A stretch of DNA of 64,000 bases, taken from contig JANYDG010000068.1 of NCBI GenBank assembly GCA_025359885.1, positions 6,177-70,176 of the forward strand, written 5' to 3'. How positions within the stretch are numbered: position 1 is the first letter of the stretch; each line of letters begins with the position of its first letter. The translations under genes and the position numbers were made by a program. Below the pieces are notes generated by a model, which worked only from the letters and a program-made list of their open reading frames with translations, made no database searches and had not been told where the DNA came from. This DNA is from Acidobacteriota bacterium. Its GTDB lineage: Bacteria; Acidobacteriota; Terriglobia; Terriglobales; Acidobacteriaceae. Positions 45,301 to 54,931 of the stretch are shown one piece after another.

Positions 45301-45931
45301 CAATGGATGGGAGATTCTTCCCCGGCTGCGTCTGGAGCCAGCAGCGGCGGGCGTGCCCATTGTTCTGCTCAGCGTCGACCACCCCAATCCTGCCATTCCT
45401 TTACCCACCGGGGCGGATGGATTTGTGACCCAATCGCCCAACGAAGAAACGCTCCTCAGCGAGTTGGCGCGCGTGCTTTCCAGCCCCGGCGAAAAGGCGC
45501 GAATCCTGGTCGTTGAGGACGATGTGGACCTGGCGCGCGTGATCGGAGCGGTGTTCGCCAAGGACGGCATTGACGTGAAGCTGGCGCATACCCGCCAGGC
45601 CGCACTCGATGCTTGTTTCAGCTTTCGGCCACAATTGATTGTCCTCGACCTTTCGCTACCAGACGGCGACGGCTTCAACGTAGTCGATTGGCTTCGTCAG
45701 CATGAAGATCTGGCCAATCTTCCGCTGGTCGTCTATTCAGCACGCGAGATTGCCGCCTCAGAGAGAGCCCAGTTGCAGTTGGGGCCAACCCATTTCTTGA
45801 CCAAGGCCAAGGTCCAGCCTCAGCAATTAGAGGCGTTGGTCTTGACGATGTTGCGTCGTTCGCGTCAGATGGAAGAAACCTTCTGTCTGGTACCTGCGGC
45901 CGGTAGTCCTCAAACCCGGTTTGGCGCGTGA
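42377..45931 (+). CDS. Hybrid sensor histidine kinase (2 TM, multiple PAS, GAF, HisKA-HATPase, two receiver domains)
   Basis: H-box FVSTVSHELRTPLTSI, G2 box GSGLGLAICRTIV, and receiver segments ILLADANETTR... and RILVVEDDVDLAR...LDLSLPDGDG. It has a TTG start, so the exact start is uncertain. Confidence 0.8.
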   Translation: MKNQISKKVLILTGCAILGIGIGVVAHMIWGASVNNLIAAFVFGSASPLLLLFLLRENPQNRARDKSSHPGQAESLLDATGPMILATSMEGRFIYLNPSAERVLGLRASEVVGKALMTDVFAPGELQRISQWLRKLNLNGPSEPTGSVDPLRDCIHYVFQFPPSQLRGIDLQLRRADGGVFPATLYLSAVRDNQGKAVGVQAVALDQSLSHRQERALRESRERFRDLFENANEMIATLNPAGQFVYVNPVWKSCFGLAENDFSKIGSFEMVFSADCRSEVGRLFHLALEGEAVERSPVRTHTNDGRVLDLELSLSRREKIGNPLAVRCLLRDITPQKQRERRLALQLVVSQIIGQSTSPEVAAMRILEAVCLSQGWDAAMLWKLNDAADESDQRLEFYSAWGTPGKRSEDLIQESMGQCLSRGPDLPGRVWEQGRAVWLEDLSAAQATGPFSPRLEAALSHELVTGWALPVGVGNRLIAVLEFYCHQRHREERETMATLETVSSSLGQMLARSREQDRVEELHRTQEILLDTIEDGICGVDRNGLASLVNPAAGRLLGASAETLVGMSVHDLLHGRAPGGESCGEDCVLRRALANNTSVGAETTAYRHDGRSFPAEFSLTPILEQGRISGSVLSFRDISQRFALDRMKDEFVSTVSHELRTPLTSIRGALGLLSSGMLGQVSDKAANLLRIALSNSDRLVRLINDILDLERIQSGREPLTFRPIALGEIVRQAIDGMQPVADAAGVNLIHDANLIHLSADPDRLLQIITNLLSNAVKFSPEGSTVAVTLREGSNGVVLSVIDQGRGIPADKLDTIFDRFQQVDASDSRQKGGSGLGLAICRTIVHQHGGHIWAERNPVCGSTFRVTLPLHPSLAANPPATPLVELDRGRILLADANETTRLMVANQLRRQGYHVVETGSVEETLTALSVRADLGRTTSTSLGSGDAASKSHQISGASPDDAPIEAILVDISLDGLNGWEILPRLRLEPAAAGVPIVLLSVDHPNPAIPLPTGADGFVTQSPNEETLLSELARVLSSPGEKARILVVEDDVDLARVIGAVFAKDGIDVKLAHTRQAALDACFSFRPQLIVLDLSLPDGDGFNVVDWLRQHEDLANLPLVVYSAREIAASERAQLQLGPTHFLTKAKVQPQQLEALVLTMLRRSRQMEETFCLVPAAGSPQTRFGA

Positions 45932-45982
45932 TTAAAGAAGGAATCACGGTCATCTTTTGATGGCCGCGCATAGGAGTTTTAC

Positions 45983-46357
45983 TTGTCTCGTCGAATCCTG
46001 ATCATTGACGATGAAGACGACATTCGCATGGTAGCTGCACTGAGCCTCGAAACCGTGGCTGGATGGGACGTGATCGTGGCAAGTTCCGGAGCGCAGGGTC
46101 TGCTGCGTGCCGCTGAACATCAGCCAGATGCGATCCTGCTGGACGTGATGATGCCCGGTATGGATGGGCCAACCACCTTTCGCGAATTGCGTAAGAATCC
46201 GGCCACGGCCAGGATTCCCGTCATCCTGCTGACAGCGAAGGTTCAAGGGGCGGACCAACGCCGTTTTGCTGACCTGGGCGTAGAAGCAGTCCTCCTGAAG
46301 CCCTTTGATCCCATGACGCTCTCCACGCAAATGGAGAAGATTCTGGGTTGGGACTAG
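45983..46357 (+). CDS. Single-domain response regulator
   Basis: (M)SRRILIIDDEDDIR...ILLDVMMPGMDG...LLKPF. It has a TTG start preceded by AGGAG. Confidence 0.8.
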   Translation: MSRRILIIDDEDDIRMVAALSLETVAGWDVIVASSGAQGLLRAAEHQPDAILLDVMMPGMDGPTTFRELRKNPATARIPVILLTAKVQGADQRRFADLGVEAVLLKPFDPMTLSTQMEKILGWD

Positions 46358-46376
46358 GGGCTACGCACCGACGACG

Positions 46377-46706
46377 ATGGCAACTTCCCCCAACTCGATG
46401 GCAGATGCACTGGCGCGCATGTGGGCCAGATTTCTGCCGGAAATCATGCAGCGACTCAGGCTCGTTGAAGAGGCATCGCAGGCCTTGACCTGCGGTGCTT
46501 TGACCGACGAAACGCGCGCAGCCGCTCATGCCGCAGCCCACAAGCTGGCCGGCTCCCTCGGCACCTTTGGGCTGCACCGCGGCACTAGTCTGGCGCGGCA
46601 GGCCGAGTTGCTGCTGGCCGAGCTGCCCTCGTCCACCGACGATGCAACTGCGCTTGCAGGCTGGGTCTTCGAGCTTCGAGAGCTGGTCATCAAGCACAAT
46701 GCCTGA
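46377..46706 (+). CDS. Hpt-domain phosphotransfer protein
   Basis: The AAHKLAGSLGTFG motif with the phosphorylatable His; 109 aa. Confidence 0.7.
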   Translation: MATSPNSMADALARMWARFLPEIMQRLRLVEEASQALTCGALTDETRAAAHAAAHKLAGSLGTFGLHRGTSLARQAELLLAELPSSTDDATALAGWVFELRELVIKHNA

Positions 46707-46762
46707 TCTGTGCTGACCAGGCCGCATGAACGACACCCCTTCGCCAGTTACACTTCTAAAAG

Positions 46763-48352
46763 GTGAGCAGGAAAACTCCATCAACGCCCCAGGCCACACT
46801 GCCGCAGTTGGCCTTGTTTTTTGAGGCAGATACCTCCCCGGGCGCGTCTGGCGACACGGCTGCCAAGACGATTCAACGTCGCAGTCGCGGCAGTGAACGT
46901 CGCACCTGGCTTGTGCACCAGCTGGTTTCTGAAGCGCGCGAGCTGGTGGAGCAGGAGCTGGGCGATGTCTGGGTTGAGGGGGAGATTTCCAACTTTCGGC
47001 CCGCGTCCTCGGGACATTTATATTTCACGTTGAAAGACGCAGAAGCTCAACTCCCCGTGGTTCTATTCCGCCGACAGGCGCTGCTGCTGCGCTTTCGCCC
47101 TGAAGACGGCTTACATGTTCGGGTGCGCGGCAAAGTTACCATCTACGAGCAGCGTGGCCAGTTGCAGCTGGTGGCCGAGACTCTGGAACCAGTGGGCACC
47201 GGCAGCCTGCAACTTGCCTTTGAGCAGTTGCGGGACCGGCTTAAGGCCGAGGGGCTCTTCGAACCGGAACGCAAGCGCCCGCTGCCCGCCTTTCCTCGCA
47301 GCGTGGCGATCATTACTTCGCCGACCGGTGCCGTCATTCGCGACTTTCTCAACATTGTCAATCGCCGTCATGCTGGCCTGAACGTGCTGGTTTTGCCGGT
47401 AGCCGTCCAGGGAGACAATGCGCCTGGAGAAATTGAAGCGGCTATCGGGTTGGCAAATGGGCTGGCAAACGGGCTGACGAACGGGCTGGCAAGCGAATCG
47501 GGCCTGGCAGATTTAATCGTTCTGGCGCGGGGCGGCGGATCGCTCGAAGACCTGGCCGCTTTCAATTCGGAACGGGTTGCGCGCGCGATTGCGGCCTCGC
47601 GCCTCCCGGTGGTTTCGGCCATTGGCCATGAGACGGACTTTACGATTGCCGATTTTGTCGCGGACTTGCGCGCCCCCACCCCGTCAGCAGCGGCCGAGCT
47701 CATCACTGAGGCCCAGCATAAGGTTGCCGACCTCGTTGCTGCGCTCTCGAACCGCCTGGTCCGCGCTGCCCGCTTTCAGGTTCTTCAAGCCCGGCAGCGC
47801 CTTGGTCGCGCACCCATCGCCGCGGCCCAGCAGCGCGTTACGACGAAGCTGCACCGGCATCAGCAGCAACTGGACGAACTCGGCTTTCGCCTGGAATCAG
47901 CCTTGAACGACAGGCTGGACCAGCATCAACGCACCGTCGCAGCGCTGGCAGCCGCAGTCCTGCGCCACGACCCACGCCAGCAGTTGAGCACCACCCGCGA
48001 AAACCTCACCAGCTTTCAGACCCGCCTGGAACACGCACTCGACCGCCAACTCGCGTCAGCGCGATTCGAAATCCGCACCATGGAAATGCGACTCGTTCGT
48101 GCAGCCCAGGTCAACCTGACTCAACGCCGCTCTGCATGGGACGCGTTGAGGCACCAGTTGCATTCGCTCTCACCGCTCGCCGTCCTCCACCGTGGCTATG
48201 CCCTGGTTCTGGACGAGTCTGGCACAATCGTGCGCTCTGTGACTCAACTCGGTGCCGGGCAAGTCGTGAATACGCGCCTCAGCGATGGCAGTTTCACAGG
48301 TTCCGTTACTCAGATTCAGCCCAGGAAAAAGGACAAGATACTCCCCTCATGA
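46763..48352 (+). CDS. xseA: Exodeoxyribonuclease VII large subunit
   Basis: VWVEGEISNFRPASSGHLYFTLKD (OB fold) and GRGGGSLEDLAAFNSERVARAI...GHETD. It contains an in-frame GLAN repeat. GTG start. Confidence 0.85.
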   Translation: MSRKTPSTPQATLPQLALFFEADTSPGASGDTAAKTIQRRSRGSERRTWLVHQLVSEARELVEQELGDVWVEGEISNFRPASSGHLYFTLKDAEAQLPVVLFRRQALLLRFRPEDGLHVRVRGKVTIYEQRGQLQLVAETLEPVGTGSLQLAFEQLRDRLKAEGLFEPERKRPLPAFPRSVAIITSPTGAVIRDFLNIVNRRHAGLNVLVLPVAVQGDNAPGEIEAAIGLANGLANGLTNGLASESGLADLIVLARGGGSLEDLAAFNSERVARAIAASRLPVVSAIGHETDFTIADFVADLRAPTPSAAAELITEAQHKVADLVAALSNRLVRAARFQVLQARQRLGRAPIAAAQQRVTTKLHRHQQQLDELGFRLESALNDRLDQHQRTVAALAAAVLRHDPRQQLSTTRENLTSFQTRLEHALDRQLASARFEIRTMEMRLVRAAQVNLTQRRSAWDALRHQLHSLSPLAVLHRGYALVLDESGTIVRSVTQLGAGQVVNTRLSDGSFTGSVTQIQPRKKDKILPS

Positions 48353-49698
48353 GACAGCTATTTGGCACGGATGGCATTCGCGGCATTGCAGGCACAGCTC
48401 CCCTTGATCCCACGACGGTTTACGCAGTCGGCCTGGCCATAGCGCACCAGTTGCGCCCCGCAGCGATCATTCCCAGGGTCATCCTGGGTCGCGACACGCG
48501 CCAATCAAGCCCGTGGATCACCAATCTGCTGGCGGCAGGGTTACGTGCCGGCGGGGCAGAGGTCGAGAGCGCTGGCATTGTGCCCACTCCAGCCGTTGCC
48601 TACCTCGCGCATACCCACGGCTTTCATGCGGGGGTCGTCATTTCGGCCAGCCATAACCCCTGGCAAGACAACGGCATCAAGCTCTTTGGCCCTGACGGCA
48701 AGAAGCTGCCCGACCAGACCGAACTTGCCATTGAAGAGATCATCTTCAAGCACGCCATTTCGGCCACTCCGCCCCATGAGGCTTCCGTTCCAGTGGTCGA
48801 GGACCAGCCACAGTATGCGCAGGAGTATGTGGACTTTCTCCTCCACGCCGTCCCCGGCCTCAATCTCGGCACCGCCAAAATCATCGTGGACTGCGCTCAC
48901 GGCGCCGCCGCACCGGTCGCTCCGCTGCTCTTCACGGGACTTGGCGGAGAGATCACCCTGCTCAACATCACCCCTGACGGCCGCAACATCAACGACCATT
49001 GCGGGGCTCTGCATCCGAAGACGGTGGCTGCCGAGGCATTCGCTCGCAGAGCGCAGCTTGGCATCACTTTTGACGGCGACGCCGACCGCTGCCTGCTCTC
49101 TGGCTCCTCAAACAACGTCATCAACGGCGACGCAATCCTGCTGGTGGCAGCGCGCGATTTGCAGGCGCGCGGCCTGCTCACAGGCAACATCGTCGTGGCC
49201 ACGACCATGTCCAACATGGGCCTTGAAGCGGCGCTCAAGCGCTCTGGCATTACCATGCTCCGCGCAGCTGTTGGCGACCGCTACGTGCTCGAACTGATGC
49301 AGCAAAAGCAGGCAGCCCTCGGCGGCGAACAGTCCGGGCATATCCTTTTTCCGCATCTGGCCACGACCGGCGACGGCCTGCTGACGGCCCTCGTCGTGCT
49401 CGACCTGATCGCCCGAACCGGCAAAACCATCGAAGAGCTCACCGCCGACCTCAAGGTCTTTCCTCAGGTCATCGTCAACGTAAAGGTCCGCGAAAAGACG
49501 CCACTCGAGTCGATCCCCGCCGTTGCAGCAGCCATCCGCGCCGCCGAAGCAGAACTCGCCGACTCGGGTCGCATCGTCATCCGCTACTCCGGCACAGAAG
49601 CCCTCGCCCGCGTCATGATCGAGGCCGAAAGCGAAGACCGCATGCGGCACCACGCCGAAGCTATCGCCAACGCCATCCGCGCCGAGCTGGGAGTTTAG
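48349..49698 (+). CDS. glmM: Phosphoglucosamine mutase
   Basis: MRQLFGTDGIRG and the active-site loop SASHNP. The ATG at 48349 overlaps the xseA stop (ATGA). Confidence 0.9.
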   Translation: MRQLFGTDGIRGIAGTAPLDPTTVYAVGLAIAHQLRPAAIIPRVILGRDTRQSSPWITNLLAAGLRAGGAEVESAGIVPTPAVAYLAHTHGFHAGVVISASHNPWQDNGIKLFGPDGKKLPDQTELAIEEIIFKHAISATPPHEASVPVVEDQPQYAQEYVDFLLHAVPGLNLGTAKIIVDCAHGAAAPVAPLLFTGLGGEITLLNITPDGRNINDHCGALHPKTVAAEAFARRAQLGITFDGDADRCLLSGSSNNVINGDAILLVAARDLQARGLLTGNIVVATTMSNMGLEAALKRSGITMLRAAVGDRYVLELMQQKQAALGGEQSGHILFPHLATTGDGLLTALVVLDLIARTGKTIEELTADLKVFPQVIVNVKVREKTPLESIPAVAAAIRAAEAELADSGRIVIRYSGTEALARVMIEAESEDRMRHHAEAIANAIRAELGV

Positions 49699-49748
49699 CT
49701 GCCCGAATCAAGCACGTAAATCGGTGCTACTCTCAACCAGGTGCTGCA

Positions 49749-49976
49749 ATGAAAGCCAATGTCACACTGAAAATCGACGCGGAGCTGCTGCGAGAAGCGC
49801 GAATTCTTGCTGCGGAAGAAAACTCTTCCATCAGCGCTCTTCTTGCCGCGCAACTGGCGCACGCAGTGCAGGAGCGAAGGGGATTCGAGCAAGCTCGTCT
49901 TCGCGCCAACGCACGCCTCAACGCCAACTACGATCTCGGCTGGACTCCGCCCTTGTCAAGGGCCAGAACAACATAG
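49749..49976 (+). CDS. Orphan ribbon-helix-helix antitoxin-like protein
   Basis: MKANVTLKIDAELLREARILAAEENSSISALLAAQL... is the RHH pattern. No cognate toxin gene follows. Confidence 0.5.
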   Translation: MKANVTLKIDAELLREARILAAEENSSISALLAAQLAHAVQERRGFEQARLRANARLNANYDLGWTPPLSRARTT

Positions 49977-50188
49977 AGGCGCCACGTCTTGAGATTGGAT
50001 ATTGAGAGAATGATCGGAACCGCAATTACCCATCCTGGGAAGCTGCAAACCAAGGTATACATCCCAAAAATAAAAACCTCGCTCATAAGTAGCGCCTGTC
50101 CATTGTGCTTATCAAAAATAGTCAATGCAGCACAGCAGATGAAAACACCCAGCGTCAGGCTAACCACTAAGTAAGATAGTCGACGCAT
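49928..50188 (-). CDS. Small hypothetical membrane protein in an AT-richer patch
   Basis: MRRLSYLVVSLTLGVFICCAALTIF... with 2-3 hydrophobic segments. Codon usage is visibly AT-richer than the neighbours. Start is uncertain. Confidence 0.3.
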   Translation of the reverse strand: MRRLSYLVVSLTLGVFICCAALTIFDKHNGQALLMSEVFIFGMYTLVCSFPGWVIAVPIILSISNLKTWRLYVVLALDKGGVQPRS

Positions 50189-50214
50189 CTTGGAAACGAC
50201 GAGTTCTTGAACCC

Positions 50215-52971
50215 TCACTTCATATCCCGCCAATTCTCCCCAAACGATAACTCCGCCACAATCGGCACGGTCAGCTTTACCACATTCTCCATCTCCTGCT
50301 TCACCAAATTGGTGATGGCGTCGGTCTCGTCCTCCGGTACCTCGAAGAGCAATTCGTCATGCACCTGCAGTACCATGCGGCTGCGCAGCTTTTGTTCTGC
50401 CAGTTTGCGGTCGATCGCAATCATCGCCAGCTTGATCAAATCGGCCGCCGTGCCCTGCAGCGGAGTATTGATGGCCGTGCGCTCGGCAAAACCGCGCTGG
50501 TTGGCGTTGCGACTTTCGATGTCCGGGATGGGCCGCATGCGACCAAAAAACGTTCGCACACTGCCCTCGACCCGTACCGTCTCAAGCGTCTTGTCGATGA
50601 ACGTACGCACGCCCTGGTAGCGGGCAAAATAGCGCTCAATATACTGCTTGGCCTCGCCCTGGGCAATCCCCAGTTGCGCAGCAAGTCCAAAGGCCGAGAT
50701 GCCGTAGACGATGCCAAAGTTGACCGCCTTGGCGCGGGCGCGAGTCTGCTTGTCCATCTCGGCTTCGGGCACTCCAAAGACTTCGCTCGCCGTAAGCGTG
50801 TGAATGTCGCGGTCATGCAGGTAGGCATCGACCAGCAGCGGGTCCTGGCTGAAGTGAGCCATGAGCCGCAGCTCGATCTGCGAGTAATCCGCCGAAAGCA
50901 GCCGGAAGCCCGGCGCTGCCACAAAGGCTGCGCGAATCTCCCGGCCGAGTTCTGAGCGGATGGGAATATTCTGCAAATTCGGATTGACCGATGACAGCCG
51001 CCCCGTCGCCGTCGCCGCTGCATTAAAGGTTGTGTGGACACGCGAATCAGCATCGACCAGCAGCGGCAGCGCGTCCACGTAGTTTGACTTGAGCTTGCTC
51101 AGGTGGCGGAACTCGATCACGTGCTGAGCAATCGTGTGCTCCTCTGCCAGGCCTTCGAGCACATCCTGCGCCGTCGAAATGGCCTTGCCCTTGCCTCGAA
51201 CCACGGGCTTCGGCAGGCCCATGTGCGTGAACAACACTTCGCCAAGCTGCTTGGGCGAATTGATGTTGAAGCGCCGTCCGGCCTCGCTGAAGATTACTTC
51301 GCTGACCCGCTGCATCTCCGCCCCAAAGCGCTGTGACAGTTCTCCGAGAGCCCCGAGGTTAACCCGCACGCCGACCCGTTCCATGCCAAAAAGAACGGGG
51401 ACCAGAGGCAAATCAATCTCTGCATACACGCTGCTGACTTGATGCTCGTTTGCCTGCTCTTTCAACAGCGGTAGCAACGCCTGGACAGCATGGGCTGCCC
51501 CCGGCAGCGAAGCAGCCGCTGCCAGGCCGCTGCGCGCCACCACGTCAGCCAGTGTCTGAGTGGTGTGCGTAGGATTGAGCGCGTAAGAGAGCAGCATCGT
51601 GTCGTCTACTCGCCCGCGCAGCGTGATTCCGAGTGCCGCCAGTCGATGCAGAGTCGTCTTCCAGTCATGAACAATCTTTGCGACAGCTGCATCTTCGAGC
51701 AGCGCCCTCAGGTCGGCGGTCATCGTCAGGCGCAGTGCAAGTTCTGGAGCAGTTGGAGCATTCGCAGAAACACCGATCAACTCCGGCGCTGCAGATTCCG
51801 GCGCGGACACTTCCTCAACCACCGACCCCAGGTTGAGCGAAGACTGGGCCGGCGGCGCTTCTTCCTCCACTTCACTGGGGGACGCAGCCCCAGCCTTCGC
51901 GTCCTTTTCCATTGCAAAAGCAAAGCCATGGGCGCGCGCCGCCTCAAAAAAGGCAGCCATCTGCTCCGGCGTGGGCTCTTCGATCAACTCTGCGGTCGCC
52001 GTTTTCGAGCCGGGAGCCAGGTCGCGGAGCATGGACGTAAATTCAAGCTCGGTAAAGAGTTCGCGAGCCGATTCCAGGTCAGGCGCCTGCGTCTGCATCT
52101 GGCCGAGATCAAGCGAGAGGGGCACATGCTGGTCAATGGTGACCAGTTCCTTCGAGAGCAGCACAGTCTCGCGATTCTGTTGCAGAGACTCGCGATAGGT
52201 CTTGCGCTTGATGGCATCAGGGTTGTCGCGGGCTACGTCGAGCACTGCTTCCACGCTGCCAAATTCCTGAATCAGCTCGACCGAGCCCTTGTCACCAATG
52301 CCGGGCGCGCCAGGGACATTATCAACAGAGTCGCCGCGCAAGGCCATCACGTCGATCACCTGTTCGGGCGGCACACCGATCACTTCCTGAACTTTGGCGG
52401 GGTCAAGGATCAGATTATCCTTTTGCGGATTGAGCACGCGGACGTGCCGGGAGACAAGCTGCATCATGTCTTTGTCGCCTGAAATGATGAAGACCTCGTG
52501 CCCCTCTTCGCTGGCCTGGCGGGCGAGGGTACCGATCACGTCGTCGGCTTCAAAGCCCTCAGCCTGCAGGATTGGGATGCGCAGAGCTTCGAGCGAGCGG
52601 CGAATATAGGGGAGCTGGCGGGCGAGGTCCTCGGGCATCGCTGGGCGTGTGGCCTTGTAGCCGGCGTAGGTGGTCTCGACGAAGGCTTGCTCTTTGCTTG
52701 ACCAGCGCCTCAGCGGGCCGATCTCCTGCGCTTTGGCATCGCGAAAAACCGCACCGCTGACATCAAAGACCGCGGCAAGGTAGTGCGGCGCAAAATCAGC
52801 GCGGAGCTTCTGAATCATGTTTACAAAGACAAACGTGGCCGCCGTGGGCAAGCCGGAGCGCGTGGACATGGGCCGCGAACGCTGCATGGCATGGTAGGCG
52901 CGGAAGATGAACGACATGGTGTCGAGCAGAAAGACGGGTTCTTTTTTTGGGGAAACAAGTTCGGCAGTCAT
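50215..52971 (-). CDS. polA: DNA polymerase I
   Basis: 918 aa with a 5'-nuclease domain (FLLDTMSFIFRAYHA) and polymerase motifs (DYSQIELR, QVHDELLFE). Confidence 0.92.
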   Translation of the reverse strand: MTAELVSPKKEPVFLLDTMSFIFRAYHAMQRSRPMSTRSGLPTAATFVFVNMIQKLRADFAPHYLAAVFDVSGAVFRDAKAQEIGPLRRWSSKEQAFVETTYAGYKATRPAMPEDLARQLPYIRRSLEALRIPILQAEGFEADDVIGTLARQASEEGHEVFIISGDKDMMQLVSRHVRVLNPQKDNLILDPAKVQEVIGVPPEQVIDVMALRGDSVDNVPGAPGIGDKGSVELIQEFGSVEAVLDVARDNPDAIKRKTYRESLQQNRETVLLSKELVTIDQHVPLSLDLGQMQTQAPDLESARELFTELEFTSMLRDLAPGSKTATAELIEEPTPEQMAAFFEAARAHGFAFAMEKDAKAGAASPSEVEEEAPPAQSSLNLGSVVEEVSAPESAAPELIGVSANAPTAPELALRLTMTADLRALLEDAAVAKIVHDWKTTLHRLAALGITLRGRVDDTMLLSYALNPTHTTQTLADVVARSGLAAAASLPGAAHAVQALLPLLKEQANEHQVSSVYAEIDLPLVPVLFGMERVGVRVNLGALGELSQRFGAEMQRVSEVIFSEAGRRFNINSPKQLGEVLFTHMGLPKPVVRGKGKAISTAQDVLEGLAEEHTIAQHVIEFRHLSKLKSNYVDALPLLVDADSRVHTTFNAAATATGRLSSVNPNLQNIPIRSELGREIRAAFVAAPGFRLLSADYSQIELRLMAHFSQDPLLVDAYLHDRDIHTLTASEVFGVPEAEMDKQTRARAKAVNFGIVYGISAFGLAAQLGIAQGEAKQYIERYFARYQGVRTFIDKTLETVRVEGSVRTFFGRMRPIPDIESRNANQRGFAERTAINTPLQGTAADLIKLAMIAIDRKLAEQKLRSRMVLQVHDELLFEVPEDETDAITNLVKQEMENVVKLTVPIVAELSFGENWRDMK

Positions 52972-52997
52972 CGTCTGCGAGTCTACCAGCCCGCCGC

Positions 52998-54107
52998 TTA
53001 TGCAAGGAACATACAGTCGCCATAGCTGAAGAATCGGTAACGTTCGCGCACAGCATGCGCATACGCCGCCAGCACTCGCTCGCGGCCGTCTTCCCGGCCG
53101 GCAAAGGCGCTCACCAGCATCAGCAGGCTCGATTGCGGAAGGTGGAAGTTGGTCAGCAGGGCGCGGACCAGGCGAAATTCGTAACCGGGCGCGATAAAAA
53201 TGGCCGTTTCGCCGCTTTGGCCTTGGAGTTCCCTGCCCGCTGCTTCGCGCGCCACATGCTCGAGCGTTCGAACGGCCGTTGTACCGACGGCGACGATGCG
53301 GCGGCCCTCGGCCGTGGCGCGATTCAGCGCGGCGGCGGTGGCTGCGGGCAGCGTATAGCGCTCCCGGTGCAGGTGAATCTCGTCAACCCGCTCGACACGC
53401 AGCGGGGCAAATGTGCCGAGGCCAACATGCAGGGTAACGCGGGCGATTTCAACGCCGCGCGCCTCAATCGCAGCCAGCACCTCAGGCGTGAAGTGCAGCC
53501 CGGCAGTCGGCGCGGCCACCGAACCATTTTGCGCGGCAAAGACGGTCTGGTAGCGCTCGCGGTCTGTGTTGATGTCGTCGCGATGAATGTACGGTGGCAG
53601 CGGCATGTGGCCGATGGCTTCCAGGGAGGCATAAAAATCCTCGACCGGCGCAAAGCGCAGCAGCCGCTCACCAAATTCGCCATGTCCAACGACTTCAGCC
53701 TCGAGCACCATGTCGCCCTTCGGACCCGGAAAGGCCAACCGGTCGCCGAGGCGCACTTTGCGGCCCGGTTTCACAAGCGCGCTCCAGTTTCCCTTGGCGT
53801 CAGGCGATGTGAGCAGCACCTCAATCTGGCCGCTCGGCTCCTGCTTGCCGCGCGCGTTGGCGCGACGACCAAAGAGCCGCGCCGGAATCACACGGCTATC
53901 GTTGAGCACGAGCAGATCGCCGGGATGCAGCAGCGAGGGCAAGTCGGCAAAGCTCTGGTCCTTCAGCCCGGTTCCGTGCCGCTCCACAACCAACATGCGG
54001 CTCGCGCCTCGTTCTGCAGGGGGCTGCTGCGCGATGAGTTCCTCGGGCAGCTCGAAATCAAAATCTGCCACCCGCAGACCGGGTGTTTCAGGCGAATCTG
54101 CCGTCAT
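52998..54107 (-). CDS. queA: S-adenosylmethionine:tRNA ribosyltransferase-isomerase
   Basis: [27 protein letters not shown] and [10 protein letters not shown]. Confidence 0.9.
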   Translation of the reverse strand: MTADSPETPGLRVADFDFELPEELIAQQPPAERGASRMLVVERHGTGLKDQSFADLPSLLHPGDLLVLNDSRVIPARLFGRRANARGKQEPSGQIEVLLTSPDAKGNWSALVKPGRKVRLGDRLAFPGPKGDMVLEAEVVGHGEFGERLLRFAPVEDFYASLEAIGHMPLPPYIHRDDINTDRERYQTVFAAQNGSVAAPTAGLHFTPEVLAAIEARGVEIARVTLHVGLGTFAPLRVERVDEIHLHRERYTLPAATAAALNRATAEGRRIVAVGTTAVRTLEHVAREAAGRELQGQSGETAIFIAPGYEFRLVRALLTNFHLPQSSLLMLVSAFAGREDGRERVLAAYAHAVRERYRFFSYGDCMFLA

Positions 54108-54787
54108 GCCGTCCCCTTGCCAAAATGCGCATACGCCCGCTGCCTCGCCCGCTCCAGCGAATCGTCAAGCGCAGCGCGGCAAATCTCAAGATCATCGCCT
54201 TCGGCCACCTGTGTCCAGCGGCCCCAACTGACGGCGATGCGGGTGAATGGCTTGGGCACGTGAAAGCGGTCCCACGAGCCAAGCATCCAGACACGCTCCG
54301 GCTCAAGATGAAACGCGCCGATGGGAGCACCGGTCAACTCAGCCAGCTTCAACGGTCCCAATTTCGTGCGATAGATTGGCCCGCGCGGCCCGTCTGCGGT
54401 AAAGATGGCTGGAGTCCCTTGATCGAGCACGCGGCGCAGGGCCAGCAGACCTTCCCGCCCTCCCCGCGAACTCGACCCGCGCACCGCACGATAACCGAAA
54501 AGCTCCAATGTGCGGGTAATCAATTCCCCGTCAAAGCTCTGGCTGATCAGAATGGTCGCATGGGTGCTCCGGTAATAATAGGCGCAAGCCAGCACGCACT
54601 GGTGCCAGAAGCAATAGATTTCGCGACCCGGCGTGAAGCCCTGGAAAGCTGGCGTCACGCCCTCCTCCGCAATCACCTCAAAACGCCACGTCCAGCCCAG
54701 CACCGTGACGATCAGCCACACCACACGCGGTGCCAGGGCCAGCGTCAGATGCTGCAGGAGGCTGAAGTTGGCGCGCGGTGTGGTCAT
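54104..54787 (-). CDS. DUF374 / lysophospholipid acyltransferase-family protein
   Basis: FWHQCVL...[10 protein letters not shown]...RGSSSRGG...ADGPRGP is the DUF374 signature. There is a 4-nt overlap with queA. Confidence 0.7.
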   Translation of the reverse strand: MTTPRANFSLLQHLTLALAPRVVWLIVTVLGWTWRFEVIAEEGVTPAFQGFTPGREIYCFWHQCVLACAYYYRSTHATILISQSFDGELITRTLELFGYRAVRGSSSRGGREGLLALRRVLDQGTPAIFTADGPRGPIYRTKLGPLKLAELTGAPIGAFHLEPERVWMLGSWDRFHVPKPFTRIAVSWGRWTQVAEGDDLEICRAALDDSLERARQRAYAHFGKGTA

Positions 54788-54800
54788 TGGTTCAATTCTA

Positions 54801-54930
54801 GTGGGAGAGGGAAGTGTGAGTGGGAAGCAGGAAAGACAGCAGCGCGTCCTTCACTCTGCTCAGGATGACAAGGCCTTTTCACACTCGACACTTCACACTC
54901 GACACTTCACACTTCACACGCACGCTTCAC
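54801..54930. repeat. Composite intergenic repeat: a GTGTGAGTGG segment, a 60-nt element (54816-54874), and 14-nt tandem CACACTCGACACTT units (54880-54907 plus decayed units)
   Basis: Read directly. It fills the gap between the DUF374 gene start and the ABC permease stop. Confidence 0.75.
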
Positions 54931-54931
54931 C

